Positions 10,135 to 19,186 of a DNA stretch of 64,000 nucleotides are shown here, one piece after another. The notes under the pieces are model-generated. The model saw only the letters and a program-made list of their open reading frames with translations. It was not told the DNA's origin and made no database searches. Each line of letters opens with the position of its first letter. Position 1 is the first letter of the stretch. Both the position numbers and the translations under genes were made by a program. The stretch is from contig CAXXTH010000010.1 in the NCBI GenBank assembly GCA_963668025.2, positions 32,001-96,000 on the forward strand, written 5' to 3'. Source of the DNA: Candidatus Hydrogenedentota bacterium (GTDB lineage: Bacteria > Hydrogenedentota > Hydrogenedentia > Hydrogenedentales > SLHB01).

Positions 10135-11568
10135 ATGAAGCCAAAACTGGATCTCAAGAAGCTGTGTGAAGCCTGGCGCGAGCGGCTGGCGGAGGCCTGC
10201 CATGAAAACCAAGCCCGCTTTGCGGAAGAGTTTTTGCAATGGTTTGGATGGGCCGACCCCGTGCCAGTGGCATGCCCAGGCCATATGGGCTCCATCGCGC
10301 CCGTGTCGTACCTGCTCGAGCGCGAACAATACGGAGTGATTGCGGCCCATTTTATGCCGCCCGGTTCGCTGCCCCCCCCGAGTTCGCTCCAAGAACGGGG
10401 CTTGGATTTTTGCGACGCCACCCGCTTGCTGTGCAATGCCACCCGCGTGATGAATGTCCGCTATGCCTTCGCTACGGATTTTTTTAGGGGATATTTTTAT
10501 GACACCATGACGGATGAGCTGCTGCTGGGGGCGGATACTCCGGCGGGGATCAGCCAGGATATGGGAGAAGTGCTCGAACAGGTGCGCGTCGAGGAAGGCG
10601 CTTTGGATGAGATCCGCCGCCAGCCGCGAAGCCATTCGGCCCGCATGCTCCGCGAATGGATGGAGCGCTGGTTCGAGGCCCTCAACGCCGATTGGCAATG
10701 CCCGGAGGAACTGGCTTGGCTGGCGCTCGACCGGCTCGTGCTGCTGCGGTATATGGCCGAACGCAACAGTCTCAAGCGGGGTGGCTGGCAGATCCGGCAG
10801 ATATTCGGTGAAATGCTTTCTGCCGCATCGGGCCGGGGAGCGCGCGGAGCTGGCCATTCGCTCGTGGCGCTGTGCCATGAACTGCACGCCAAATGGCACA
10901 TAGGATTGTTTGCACCGGAACAGCGCCTCGACGCCACCCTCGAGCAAGATGAGGTGTCCTCTCCATTGCTTCACGAGTTCTGCATGCTGTCGCGCTCGAA
11001 ATTCCAGCTTCCGACCATTCTGGAAAGCTTCAATTATGGGGAGGCTGCTGAGAAGGCGCGTGTCCGCATGATCCCCGAAGTGAATGAAGAGCGCAGTGCA
11101 TATTTGGCCAAGCAAGTGGTTGAAGGCATTGATGCGGCGCGCATTGAATTGGACCTTGATGGAGAAGGCTACCGCGCCATTTTTTATTGGTTTGATCAAT
11201 TGCTGGCGTTATATGACCGTTTGGCGGGAGAATATGAAAATAGCCTGGACCAAGCCCAGGCATCCGCGCCTGCACCGGATTTATTCGCCTGGTCGGAAGC
11301 AGACGCCAGCAGGCCGCATGCGCTGCGTGATCCGTTCCAGCATGCCGTCGAGCAGGGGATTGTGCTGTATTGCGCCTCGCCCCGCCAGCAACGCACGGCG
11401 CGGCTTCTGTTCTATCTGCACTTAATCGAGCGCTACCGGTCGGCGAAAAGCCGCATTTTGCGGTTTCCGAGCATCGAGACCGCATTGCAGCCGCGCCCGC
11501 GCATGCTCGAATCGGACCGGCGGCGCATCTTTGAACCGGGTGTCGAGAGTGAATGGGAGGCGATGTAA
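10135..11568 (+). CDS. Degenerate homolog of the type IIG (Eco57I-like) restriction-modification enzyme N-terminal/MTase region
   Basis: Colinear motif remnants recognised by eye (see findings); no intact DPACGSG or NPPY motif. Confidence 0.5.
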   Translation: MKPKLDLKKLCEAWRERLAEACHENQARFAEEFLQWFGWADPVPVACPGHMGSIAPVSYLLEREQYGVIAAHFMPPGSLPPPSSLQERGLDFCDATRLLCNATRVMNVRYAFATDFFRGYFYDTMTDELLLGADTPAGISQDMGEVLEQVRVEEGALDEIRRQPRSHSARMLREWMERWFEALNADWQCPEELAWLALDRLVLLRYMAERNSLKRGGWQIRQIFGEMLSAASGRGARGAGHSLVALCHELHAKWHIGLFAPEQRLDATLEQDEVSSPLLHEFCMLSRSKFQLPTILESFNYGEAAEKARVRMIPEVNEERSAYLAKQVVEGIDAARIELDLDGEGYRAIFYWFDQLLALYDRLAGEYENSLDQAQASAPAPDLFAWSEADASRPHALRDPFQHAVEQGIVLYCASPRQQRTARLLFYLHLIERYRSAKSRILRFPSIETALQPRPRMLESDRRRIFEPGVESEWEAM

Positions 11569-11675
11569 CACGGCATGCCTATCATTGCAATAAACGGGCT
11601 TCTGAACAGAACAAGATAGGCTTTAGCAAAAATAGGCGCTTCCATTGGGAAAGAAGAAGCCGGGCCACCGCCTCA

Positions 11676-12731
11676 TCATTGACGCATGTAATCAAACGAC
11701 TCGCCCCATGTCATGAATATCGCACGGGACGATTCGTTTCCTAACCGAATGCGATCCAACCAGTACGGTTCGCGGTGGTCGATCGGATGGTCGAGTTCAT
11801 TTTCGTGGCCCGGGATAACGACTGCGGGCTGGAAACCGGCAATCATACGCGGCAAGTCAGGGGCCCAGCAATTCGGCATTAACACATCAACGCGGTGCTT
11901 TTGCGCGATGGTATCGAGCCATTCGAAGTCCTTTTGGTTGGACTGATCGCCAGTGTGGGCAAAAACCAGGTCTTCCGATGTCGTCACGATCACTACATTG
12001 TTGGGTATTTCTTCTCCCTGATGCCCTGGGCCGTTGACGACACTCAGTCGTTCCGCGCCATCTTTTATGGAAACAACCTGCACCGCGGATGCGTCACATC
12101 GAAGCCGAAGAAGGCGGCCGGAGAACGCCTGTTCTTTCCATAACTCTTCCGGAACCATGACAGCCTTTCCATGACGAACGAAGGCTTCCGCAATTATCGG
12201 ATCGGCGTGATCTGGATGGGCGTGGCTTATAAACAGGGCATCGCATTGCTGTGCAAAATCTTCGACGGTATGGCCAGGCAATACGAACGCACCATTACGA
12301 ATGTGTTTCCCTGTGACTACATCAAACGCGACTGTCGCAGAGGCAGTTCGCACGATGAAGCCGTCATTGTATAGCTTCCAGATGCGCGCACCCTTTGTTA
12401 TCTTCGTCTCCTGGAGCGTCTTCCCTACTGCTTCGATCCGTTTTACGAAGAACGTCTGTACAGACGGCCGGGCGGCCGCCTCCGGTTCATGCAGCACATT
12501 ATCCAGCAGAAGCAGCGCAGCGCGGTGTTCTGGAGGTTCCTCAAGCGCGGGAGGGAACTGGCGCAAGAGCAAATCCACGGTGGCAAGGGACTGCCGGTGC
12601 TGCTCATTGAGGAAGCCTGGAATATCATTCCACCAATCGAGTTTCTTCTCTGTGGCGTCGAATGACTGGCCAGATAAATCACAACAGACGGAAAGACTGA
12701 TTTGCGCGAGAAGCATCCCTGAAATCATCAT
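11676..12731 (-). CDS. MBL-fold metallo-hydrolase (UlaG-like)
   Basis: SHAHPDH, HTGD, IPGHENE. Confidence 0.8.
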   Translation of the reverse strand: MMISGMLLAQISLSVCCDLSGQSFDATEKKLDWWNDIPGFLNEQHRQSLATVDLLLRQFPPALEEPPEHRAALLLLDNVLHEPEAAARPSVQTFFVKRIEAVGKTLQETKITKGARIWKLYNDGFIVRTASATVAFDVVTGKHIRNGAFVLPGHTVEDFAQQCDALFISHAHPDHADPIIAEAFVRHGKAVMVPEELWKEQAFSGRLLRLRCDASAVQVVSIKDGAERLSVVNGPGHQGEEIPNNVVIVTTSEDLVFAHTGDQSNQKDFEWLDTIAQKHRVDVLMPNCWAPDLPRMIAGFQPAVVIPGHENELDHPIDHREPYWLDRIRLGNESSRAIFMTWGESFDYMRQ

Positions 12732-12931
12732 AATGAAGAAACCTTCAGTGCATGAGATTCACGCGCCAGATGAGCAAGTTGCACCATTATCTCCTACATG
12801 GCATAACCGGCAATTCGCAAGGTTGCCCTGAGATGCTGCAAGCTCCTATTCAATGCACCTATATTGATGCTTTGAACATTACGAACTCGCCAGAGACTAT
12901 ATGAATGGGAAATAGGAAAAGATATACCTAA

Positions 12932-13018
12932 TGGTGCCGGAAAGAGGGCTCGAACCTCCACGCCCTTGCGAGCACATGGTCCTGAACCATGCGTGTCTGC
13001 CAATTCCACCATTCCGGC
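12932..13018 (-). tRNA. tRNA-Leu(CAG)
   Basis: GCCGGAATGGTGGAATTGGCAGACACG-CATGG-TTCAGGA-CCATG, long variable arm, GGTTCGAG T-loop, 3' CCA. Confidence 0.96.
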
Positions 13019-13029
13019 AACGAAGCGGG

Positions 13030-13059
13030 ATCATAGCGTAAATTTAGTGCCTTCGTCAA
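13030..13059 (-). promoter_or_regulatory. Promoter of tRNA-Leu
   Basis: Minus strand TTGACG-18 nt-TATGAT, ending about 11 nt before the tRNA 5' end. Confidence 0.55.
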
Positions 13060-13073
13060 GCCGAATTTATTCC

Positions 13074-14895
13074 GAGGCATTTGCGAAATAAAGAAAATCC
13101 GTATTGACAAGGGTTTACAAAGCGGCGGAATTGGCGCCTACCCCGGAGAATGCGGGGAAAGGGGCTTGGCGGGGGCATGAATAAGGATTTTTTGTGAAAA
13201 ATCACCCCAAATGCCCTCGGCGAGCGGGAAAAGGCGTAACGTCTCCCGTGTGTGATTGTAGTATAGTTGACCACATAACCACGCACACACCAAGGAGACG
13301 TTTGCGATGGCCATTATACACCAAATGGGGTTGTTCTCGTGGAACCAGGTCGACGCGGCGTCGGATCTGGATCGGCTGAACCTGTTGCTGGCGGCGCTGC
13401 CGGATGAAGATTTGATGCGGGCGATGGAAGCCGAACGCAAGGGGCGGCGCGACGATTATCCTATCCGCGCGATGTGGAACAGCATACTGGCGGGGATCGT
13501 CTTCCAGCACGACGGCGTCGAAAGCCTGCGCCGCGAACTAGCCCGAAACGGGCAATTGCGCCAGTTGTGCGGATTCGACGTGTTGCGGGGCGCCAAGGCG
13601 GTCCCGCCCGAATGGGTGTACACGCGGTTCTTCGCCAGATTACTGCGCCACTGGAAAGAAGTGGACCGGATGTTCGACGCGCTCATCGTCCGGCTGATGG
13701 AACGCTTGCCGGATCTCGGGGTGCGTCTGGCCGTAGACTCGAAAGCCATCCAAACCCACGCCAAGCCTCCGCGCAAAGACGCGGTCCTGGAAAACGAAGA
13801 GCCGGACGGGCGGCGCGACCGCGACGCAGACTGGGGCACGAAAACCTACAAGGGCGTTCACAAGGACGGCACGCCCTGGGAGAAGGTCAAACGGTGGTTC
13901 GGCTACAAGCTGCACCTCATCGTGGACACGAAATATGAATTGCCGCTGGGCTACGCGGTCACGAAAGCCAGCGCCAACGACTCGCCCTTTCTGCTGCCCC
14001 TCGTGGCGGCTCTCGACGCGCGCCACCCCGAACTCGTCCAACGCGCCGAGTACCTCAGCGCCGACAAGGGCTATGATTCCGAAGCCAACAACAAGGGCCT
14101 CTTCGAGGAACATGAAATCCGGCCCATCGTGGACATCCGGGCGACCTGGAAAGAAGAACCGGAACGGCCCCGCCCTTTATATCCCGAACGGGTAGACACG
14201 ATCTTCCATACCGAACGAGGTGAAGTCCTCTGCCGGTGTCGTAACGGCGCCCCAAACGAACGCGACAACTATGATTCCATGGCCTACCAAGGATTCGAGC
14301 AAGATCGGGGAACCTTGAAATACCGTTGCCCAGCCAAGGCACGCGGGAGCGCCTGTACCCAGCAAGACCTCTGCAACCAAGGATGCCAGCCCGAACACGG
14401 ACGGATTGTCCGCGTGCCCATCGCTATCGACCGGCGCATCTTTACCCCCCTGCCCCGCAGCGCCAAATCCTGGCGCCGCGAATACAAACACCGCACCGCC
14501 ATCGAGCGAGTCAACAGCCGACTCGACGGCGCATACGGATTCGAGCGCCACTACATCCGCGGTATGAAAAAGATGCGCGCCCGCACCGGATTAGCCCTCC
14601 TCGTCATGCTCGGCATGGCCCTGGGATGGCTCGAAGCCGGCCAGGCAGAACGCATGCGCTCGCTCCTCGGACAGCCCCGCGCCGCATAGATCACATCGAA
14701 TCCGCACAAGCAATGATGGCCCGAATCAAGGGCAAACCATGCCCATTCGGGCCGCAAGGGTCCTACACGCGAACCTCCTGCATGATTTATTGCACCCGTA
14801 GCGGAGGCGTAATCCCATTGCCACAGGCGAAAACCGCTCCGCGTGTGCCCGCACCGTCCGCGCGTTCGCAAACCACGCTATTTCGCAAATGCCTC
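13074..14895 (+). mobile_element. IS1182/IS5-like insertion sequence
   Basis: 17-bp TIR GAGGCATTTGCGAAATA / TATTTCGCAAATGCCTC; 5-bp direct repeat ATTCC on both sides. Confidence 0.9.
13307..14689 (+). CDS. DDE transposase (IS1182/IS5-like)
   Basis: AVDSK, WFGYKLH, ADKGYD, YKHRTAIERVNSRL. Confidence 0.92.
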   Translation: MAIIHQMGLFSWNQVDAASDLDRLNLLLAALPDEDLMRAMEAERKGRRDDYPIRAMWNSILAGIVFQHDGVESLRRELARNGQLRQLCGFDVLRGAKAVPPEWVYTRFFARLLRHWKEVDRMFDALIVRLMERLPDLGVRLAVDSKAIQTHAKPPRKDAVLENEEPDGRRDRDADWGTKTYKGVHKDGTPWEKVKRWFGYKLHLIVDTKYELPLGYAVTKASANDSPFLLPLVAALDARHPELVQRAEYLSADKGYDSEANNKGLFEEHEIRPIVDIRATWKEEPERPRPLYPERVDTIFHTERGEVLCRCRNGAPNERDNYDSMAYQGFEQDRGTLKYRCPAKARGSACTQQDLCNQGCQPEHGRIVRVPIAIDRRIFTPLPRSAKSWRREYKHRTAIERVNSRLDGAYGFERHYIRGMKKMRARTGLALLVMLGMALGWLEAGQAERMRSLLGQPRAA

Positions 14896-14968
14896 ATTCC
14901 GAGGGCAGGGCTTACGCATCTAATAGTGCTCAAGAGTCGATTTATCCTGTTGTGCATGATTTTTTCTG

Positions 14969-15268
14969 TCAACGTGGCCTGGGATTTTTCGCTTGGGGGA
15001 AGGTCTTTGCGCGCTCACGGCGGGTTTGCTTGACGACTTCGTCCACGTAGCGTTCAGCCAGCTTCATGAAAGCCTGGTAGCCATTGATGGCCTCTTTTAG
15101 GAACTCGGTTTCGCGCGCCGGCACATAGCGAACCACGTTCTTCTCGTTCTCCCAGCTCTGGTGGTTAAAGTGGGGACGCCCGCCCATTTGACAGAGCTTT
15201 CCGCGCTCCATCCGCTCAATCTGCGCCATGCGCTCCAGCAATGCTTGCATCTTTTTGGTGTGCTTCAT
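14969..15268 (-). CDS. Small IS-associated protein (DUF6788-like)
   Basis: 99 aa inside the ISAs1 TIRs; similar to the 16618 ORF. Confidence 0.6.
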   Translation of the reverse strand: MKHTKKMQALLERMAQIERMERGKLCQMGGRPHFNHQSWENEKNVVRYVPARETEFLKEAINGYQAFMKLAERYVDEVVKQTRRERAKTFPQAKNPRPR

Positions 15269-15339
15269 GGATTTTAATATATAGAATTCTATATACTAGA
15301 GTCAACAGTGCTTCGGCGCATGAATGAAAGGAGCACCCC

Positions 15340-16497
15340 ATGACCGCTGAAAAGAAATCCCTGCCCAAGCCCAAGCCTATTATCGAGTGTTTCGCGGGCC
15401 TGCCCGATCCCCGCATGGACCGAACCCGCAGGCACAACTTCATTGACATCTTGATGATTGGGCTATGCTCAGCCCTCGTGGGCGGGGAGAGCTTTTTGGA
15501 TATGGAGCGCTTCGGCCGGCTCCGGGAGGATTGGCTGAAGGGCTTCCTGGAATTGCCCGGCGGCATCCCCTCGCACGACACCTTCAACCGGGTCTTTTCC
15601 GCCCTCGACCCCCATGCCTTTCTGGAATGCTTCGGCCAATGGGTGCAGGGCATTTGCCCCAATCTAAGCGATGAGGTCGCCGCCATTGACGGCAAAGCCC
15701 TGCGGCGCGCCTTGAATCAGGGGGAGGCCATCCCCTACATCGTCAGCGCATGGGCTTGCGAGCACGGCCTGGCGCTGGGGCAGGTCAAGGTGGACGAGAA
15801 ATCCAACGAAATCACCGCCGTCCCCAAACTCCTCAACGCCTTAAAGCTCAAGGGAGCCATCGTCACCCTGGACGCCATGGGCTGCCAGAAGGATATCGCC
15901 TCCCACATTATCCAACGGCAGGCCGACTACGTGCTGGCCCTCAAAGGCAACCACGCCACCGCCCTAGAAGAAGTGAAGGCCTTTTTCAAGGACGCCGTTC
16001 CCCCTTGCGCCACCCAGTGCGCGCCAACAGCCGACGCCACACGGATGGATTTCCACCAGACCATCGACAAGGGGCATGGCCGCATCGAAACCCGCCGATA
16101 CTGGCAATCCACCGACTTGGGCTGGTTCGAGGACAAAGGACTTTGGAAGGGCCTCAAGAGTTTCGGCATGGTCGAGTCCATCCGCAAGGAAAAAGGGAAG
16201 AACACCATCGAGCGGCGCTACTACTTGAGCAGCCTGCCCCTCGACGCACGACGATTCGCCCACGCCGTGCGTGGACACTGGGGCGTGGAAAACAATTTGC
16301 ACTGGCGCCTAGACATTATCTTTCGCGAAGACGACAACCGCGCCCGAACAAGAAACGCCGCCCAGAATCTCGCCTCCTTGAGGAGAATTACACTCAACCT
16401 CCTCAAGAAAGACAAGACCAACAAAGATTTCCTCAGGGGCAAGCGCTTCGCTGCTGCACTCGACCCCGAATACCTTCTACGTTTACTGGGAATTTAG
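15340..16497 (+). CDS. ISAs1-family transposase
   Basis: DPR, IPSHDTF, AIDGK, KSNEITA, DAMGCQ, LKGN, HGRIETR, HWGVEN.LHW.LD..F.ED. Confidence 0.97.
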   Translation: MTAEKKSLPKPKPIIECFAGLPDPRMDRTRRHNFIDILMIGLCSALVGGESFLDMERFGRLREDWLKGFLELPGGIPSHDTFNRVFSALDPHAFLECFGQWVQGICPNLSDEVAAIDGKALRRALNQGEAIPYIVSAWACEHGLALGQVKVDEKSNEITAVPKLLNALKLKGAIVTLDAMGCQKDIASHIIQRQADYVLALKGNHATALEEVKAFFKDAVPPCATQCAPTADATRMDFHQTIDKGHGRIETRRYWQSTDLGWFEDKGLWKGLKSFGMVESIRKEKGKNTIERRYYLSSLPLDARRFAHAVRGHWGVENNLHWRLDIIFREDDNRARTRNAAQNLASLRRITLNLLKKDKTNKDFLRGKRFAAALDPEYLLRLLGI

Positions 16498-16617
16498 ATG
16501 CGTAAGCCCTGTGCTGAAGGGGCCTGCGTCAAAAAAGTGGGTTTTCGTTTCCCCCCCCTTTTTTTGGCCCGATGTATGTAGTAAGATTACTACAATAAAT
16601 AGAGAGGAGAACCAATC

Positions 16618-16998
16618 ATGGCCAATAAACGCACGCTGGAAGAAAAACGCTTGGACTTGCTCGATCAATTGGGCGAAATACGAACCTTGAGAAAAGGATC
16701 CCTCAATGAACAATGGTTTCCCTCTATCAAGGACGGGAAAAAAACGCGAGAGTTACGCGGACCCTATTACTTATGGACAAGCAAGAAAAACAATAAGACC
16801 GTGAGCGAACGCATTTGCGGCGAGCAAGAATTGAACCGCGCGCGTCAGGATGAGGAAAACTATAAACGTTTCCGGGATGTATGCAGACAATTCGAGTCGG
16901 TGGCCCAAGAACTGGGCGAACTGGAACGGATGCAGAGCGCCGAACAAGACGCCCTCAAAAAAAAACGCAAGCCGCCATCGAAAAAGACGCCGAAGTAA
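16618..16998 (+). CDS. IS orfA, DUF6788-like
   Basis: GAGGAG RBS; 'RKGSL...GPYYLW....KTVS'; ends across an A9 run. Confidence 0.7.
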   Translation: MANKRTLEEKRLDLLDQLGEIRTLRKGSLNEQWFPSIKDGKKTRELRGPYYLWTSKKNNKTVSERICGEQELNRARQDEENYKRFRDVCRQFESVAQELGELERMQSAEQDALKKKRKPPSKKTPK

Positions 16999-18302
16999 CG
17001 CGGATTTTCAACGCGGCAAAACGCGCGGCGGGAACGGATCTCGAAGCATTGGAACAAGCCCTGCGCGGCGCGGCCCTCATGGGAGGGGCCAAGGCGCTCG
17101 ATGCCTTTTTAAGAAAGGTGGGCGTGGGCCGGCGCGGGGAAAAAGCGCGTTGCTCATGCATGGCGGTAATGAAAAGCCGTGGCCTGAAGACAAAAACCAT
17201 CGTCACTCTTTTGGGCAAGATCCGCTTTACGCGCACCGCCTACCGGTGCCCCCGGTGCGGCAAATGGCGGTATCCCGGCGACGAGGAGCTCGATGTCGCC
17301 AACACGCGCTATTCGCCGGGCGTGCGGCGTCTCGTGGCGGATTTCGCCAGCGACGCCCCATTCAAAAGGGTGTCGCAACAACTGAAAGCAGCCGCCGGAC
17401 TCGTGATCAGCCGCAAGGACTGTGAGCGTATCGCGGAACAGACCGGCCAGCAAGCCGCCCACTGGTTCGCGCAAGAACGGGACCGTATCCGATTCCAGGA
17501 ACCGCCGCCTCCCGATGCCGCCAAAACTATCGAGACCCTTTACATCGAGTTCGACGGCAGCGGCGTTCCCATGGTGCCCGAGGCGCTCGAAGGCCGCAAG
17601 GGAAAATATCAAAACGGCAAGCCCAAAACCCGCGAGGTGAAAATCGGATGCGTTTTTTCTCAAACCGCCTTCAACGAAAAAGGCCGCCCCATCCGGGATA
17701 GGGGCTCCGCCAGTTTCGTGGGCGCCATCGAGACGTCCGAACAGTTTCAATGGCGCATCTACGCCGAGGCCGTCCGCCGCGGATTGTTCAGGGCCAAACG
17801 CGTCGTATGCCTCACCGATGGGGCCGAATGGATACGAAACATCGTACAAACCCATTTTCACGCCGCCATCCACGTAGTCGACTTGTATCACGCGCGCGAG
17901 CATCTCGGGAACCTGTGCAAATTGTTGTTTGGACGCGACGAAAAACGTTTGGCCTTGTACAAGGGCAAATGGTGGGACGATCTGGATGAGGGAAAGATCG
18001 AAACCATCGTGGAAGAAGCCGCCGTGCTGTTGCCAAACAATGGGCCGGATGCCAAAGAAGCCGTTACCGCCATCGGCTATTTTGAGACGAACAAAGAACG
18101 CATGCGCTACAACGATTTTTTTGCCAAGGGACTATTCGTTGGCTCGGGAGTCATTGAAGCGGCGTGCAGGACGGTCGTTGGCCAGCGTATGAAGCACTCC
18201 GGTATGGAATGGACCGTCCGTGGCGCAAATGCCATTACGGCGTTGCGATGCCTTATTCAATCCAATCGCTTCGAGGAGTATTGGGAACAAAGAACCGGAT
18301 GA
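16881..18302 (+). CDS. ISKra4-family transposase (probably reached by -1 frameshift from orfA)
   Basis: EFDGSG, REVKIG, DGAEWI, DLYHAREH, GSGVIEAAC, RMK.SGM.W. Confidence 0.9.
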   Translation: MQTIRVGGPRTGRTGTDAERRTRRPQKKTQAAIEKDAEVTRIFNAAKRAAGTDLEALEQALRGAALMGGAKALDAFLRKVGVGRRGEKARCSCMAVMKSRGLKTKTIVTLLGKIRFTRTAYRCPRCGKWRYPGDEELDVANTRYSPGVRRLVADFASDAPFKRVSQQLKAAAGLVISRKDCERIAEQTGQQAAHWFAQERDRIRFQEPPPPDAAKTIETLYIEFDGSGVPMVPEALEGRKGKYQNGKPKTREVKIGCVFSQTAFNEKGRPIRDRGSASFVGAIETSEQFQWRIYAEAVRRGLFRAKRVVCLTDGAEWIRNIVQTHFHAAIHVVDLYHAREHLGNLCKLLFGRDEKRLALYKGKWWDDLDEGKIETIVEEAAVLLPNNGPDAKEAVTAIGYFETNKERMRYNDFFAKGLFVGSGVIEAACRTVVGQRMKHSGMEWTVRGANAITALRCLIQSNRFEEYWEQRTG

Positions 18303-18327
18303 AAACCCACTTTTTTGACGCAGGCCC

Positions 18328-18534
18328 TGCTCTTGGACAGCAAACGCCGAGAGCGCCACCGAGTATGTCCTCAGCATTACCGATGAAGCGCTGTCAGCGC
18401 ATCTCGATGAAAATCCAGGCTTCGCGGAACGCTATTATGAAATGAGATTAGGGCTTTACAATGGGAATACGATTCCGGCTGCTCTGCCTAAGCTCGCGGC
18501 CATGGTGGAAGAAAGCCGGAACATATCTCCCTAA
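18328..18534 (+). pseudogene. Probable 3' remnant of a gene truncated by the IS stack
   Basis: Open frame without a start, WTANAESATEYVLS...EESRNISP*, begins at the IS end. Confidence 0.35.
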
Positions 18535-18789
18535 GTCCATGTTCATTTTCTTGCACTTCTGGTAGAAAATCCATTGGATTCTACTCAAAGAGGCCTCGAA
18601 ATATTAGGCACTACTAATAAAATCCCTTCAAACCAAGAAAGCAATAAAGATGGAGTACTTAATAGAGATGCCTTTTCCGGAAATCCATGGATGCCTTCTC
18701 AACGAATTCCTTCTACTTGGCCAGCTAGACAGTTACAAAAATTGTGGTATAATTGCACATGATGAAGCCTTGAAAGAGGAGAGAGAACG

Positions 18790-18993
18790 ATGGGTTCGGT
18801 AGGCAGTATTAGTGGATCTTCCGGTGTCATGCAATATGTGGCTCGGAGCCAGGAAGAAATTAAGCAGGGGTTACAAGAAACCCAAGCTAAAATGCAAGCG
18901 GCTAAAGAACGTAGCGGCCAGGCGATGAGCGCCATGCTGAATGCTTCGGTAACGGGAGGCGGCACGGGAGCCAACCTCAACGTTCTCGCATGA
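18790..18993 (+). CDS. Small protein, YjfB-like (putative motility protein)
   Basis: GAGGAG RBS; 67 aa helical protein ending G.GANLNVLA. Confidence 0.5.
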   Translation: MGSVGSISGSSGVMQYVARSQEEIKQGLQETQAKMQAAKERSGQAMSAMLNASVTGGGTGANLNVLA

Positions 18994-19186
18994 CTCCTGA
19001 AAATATCCTCCCGCCGCGTTGCCCCTCATTTTCCCACCCCCCCTTTTTTTCACCCCGTGAATGCGTAACGAAGCGCCGGGCATAAAGAACAAGCCTTCAA
19101 GCGTTTAGGTGACAATGAACGCGCAATTGTGTACCATCCAAACGGTAGTGACTCACGCGGCAGTGAAGAGGGGCTAAGGCTGTGCC

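Larger units (their letters stand above)
14906..16511 (+). mobile_element. ISAs1-family element carrying a divergent accessory ORF
   Basis: 18-bp TIR CAGGGCTTACGCATCTAA / TTAGATGCGTAAGCCCTG; no clear target duplication. Confidence 0.9.
16520..18327 (+). mobile_element. ISKra4-family element
   Basis: 27-bp TIR GGGCCTGCGTCAAAAAAGTGGGTTTTC at both ends. Confidence 0.9.

Noticed and set aside
10129-11199. Long antisense ORFs (also 19769-20830, 21950-22963, 23676-24731, 52723-53943, 54254-55549)
   Set aside because: Shadows of real genes in GC-rich DNA, with no recognisable motifs.
12794-13110. Short ORFs over the tRNA
   Set aside because: Translations of the tRNA-Leu sequence (MVELADTHGSG...).
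12932-18327. tRNA-integrated genomic island or prophage
   Set aside because: The elements lie 5' of the tRNA, with no integrase and no duplicated tRNA 3' end seen.
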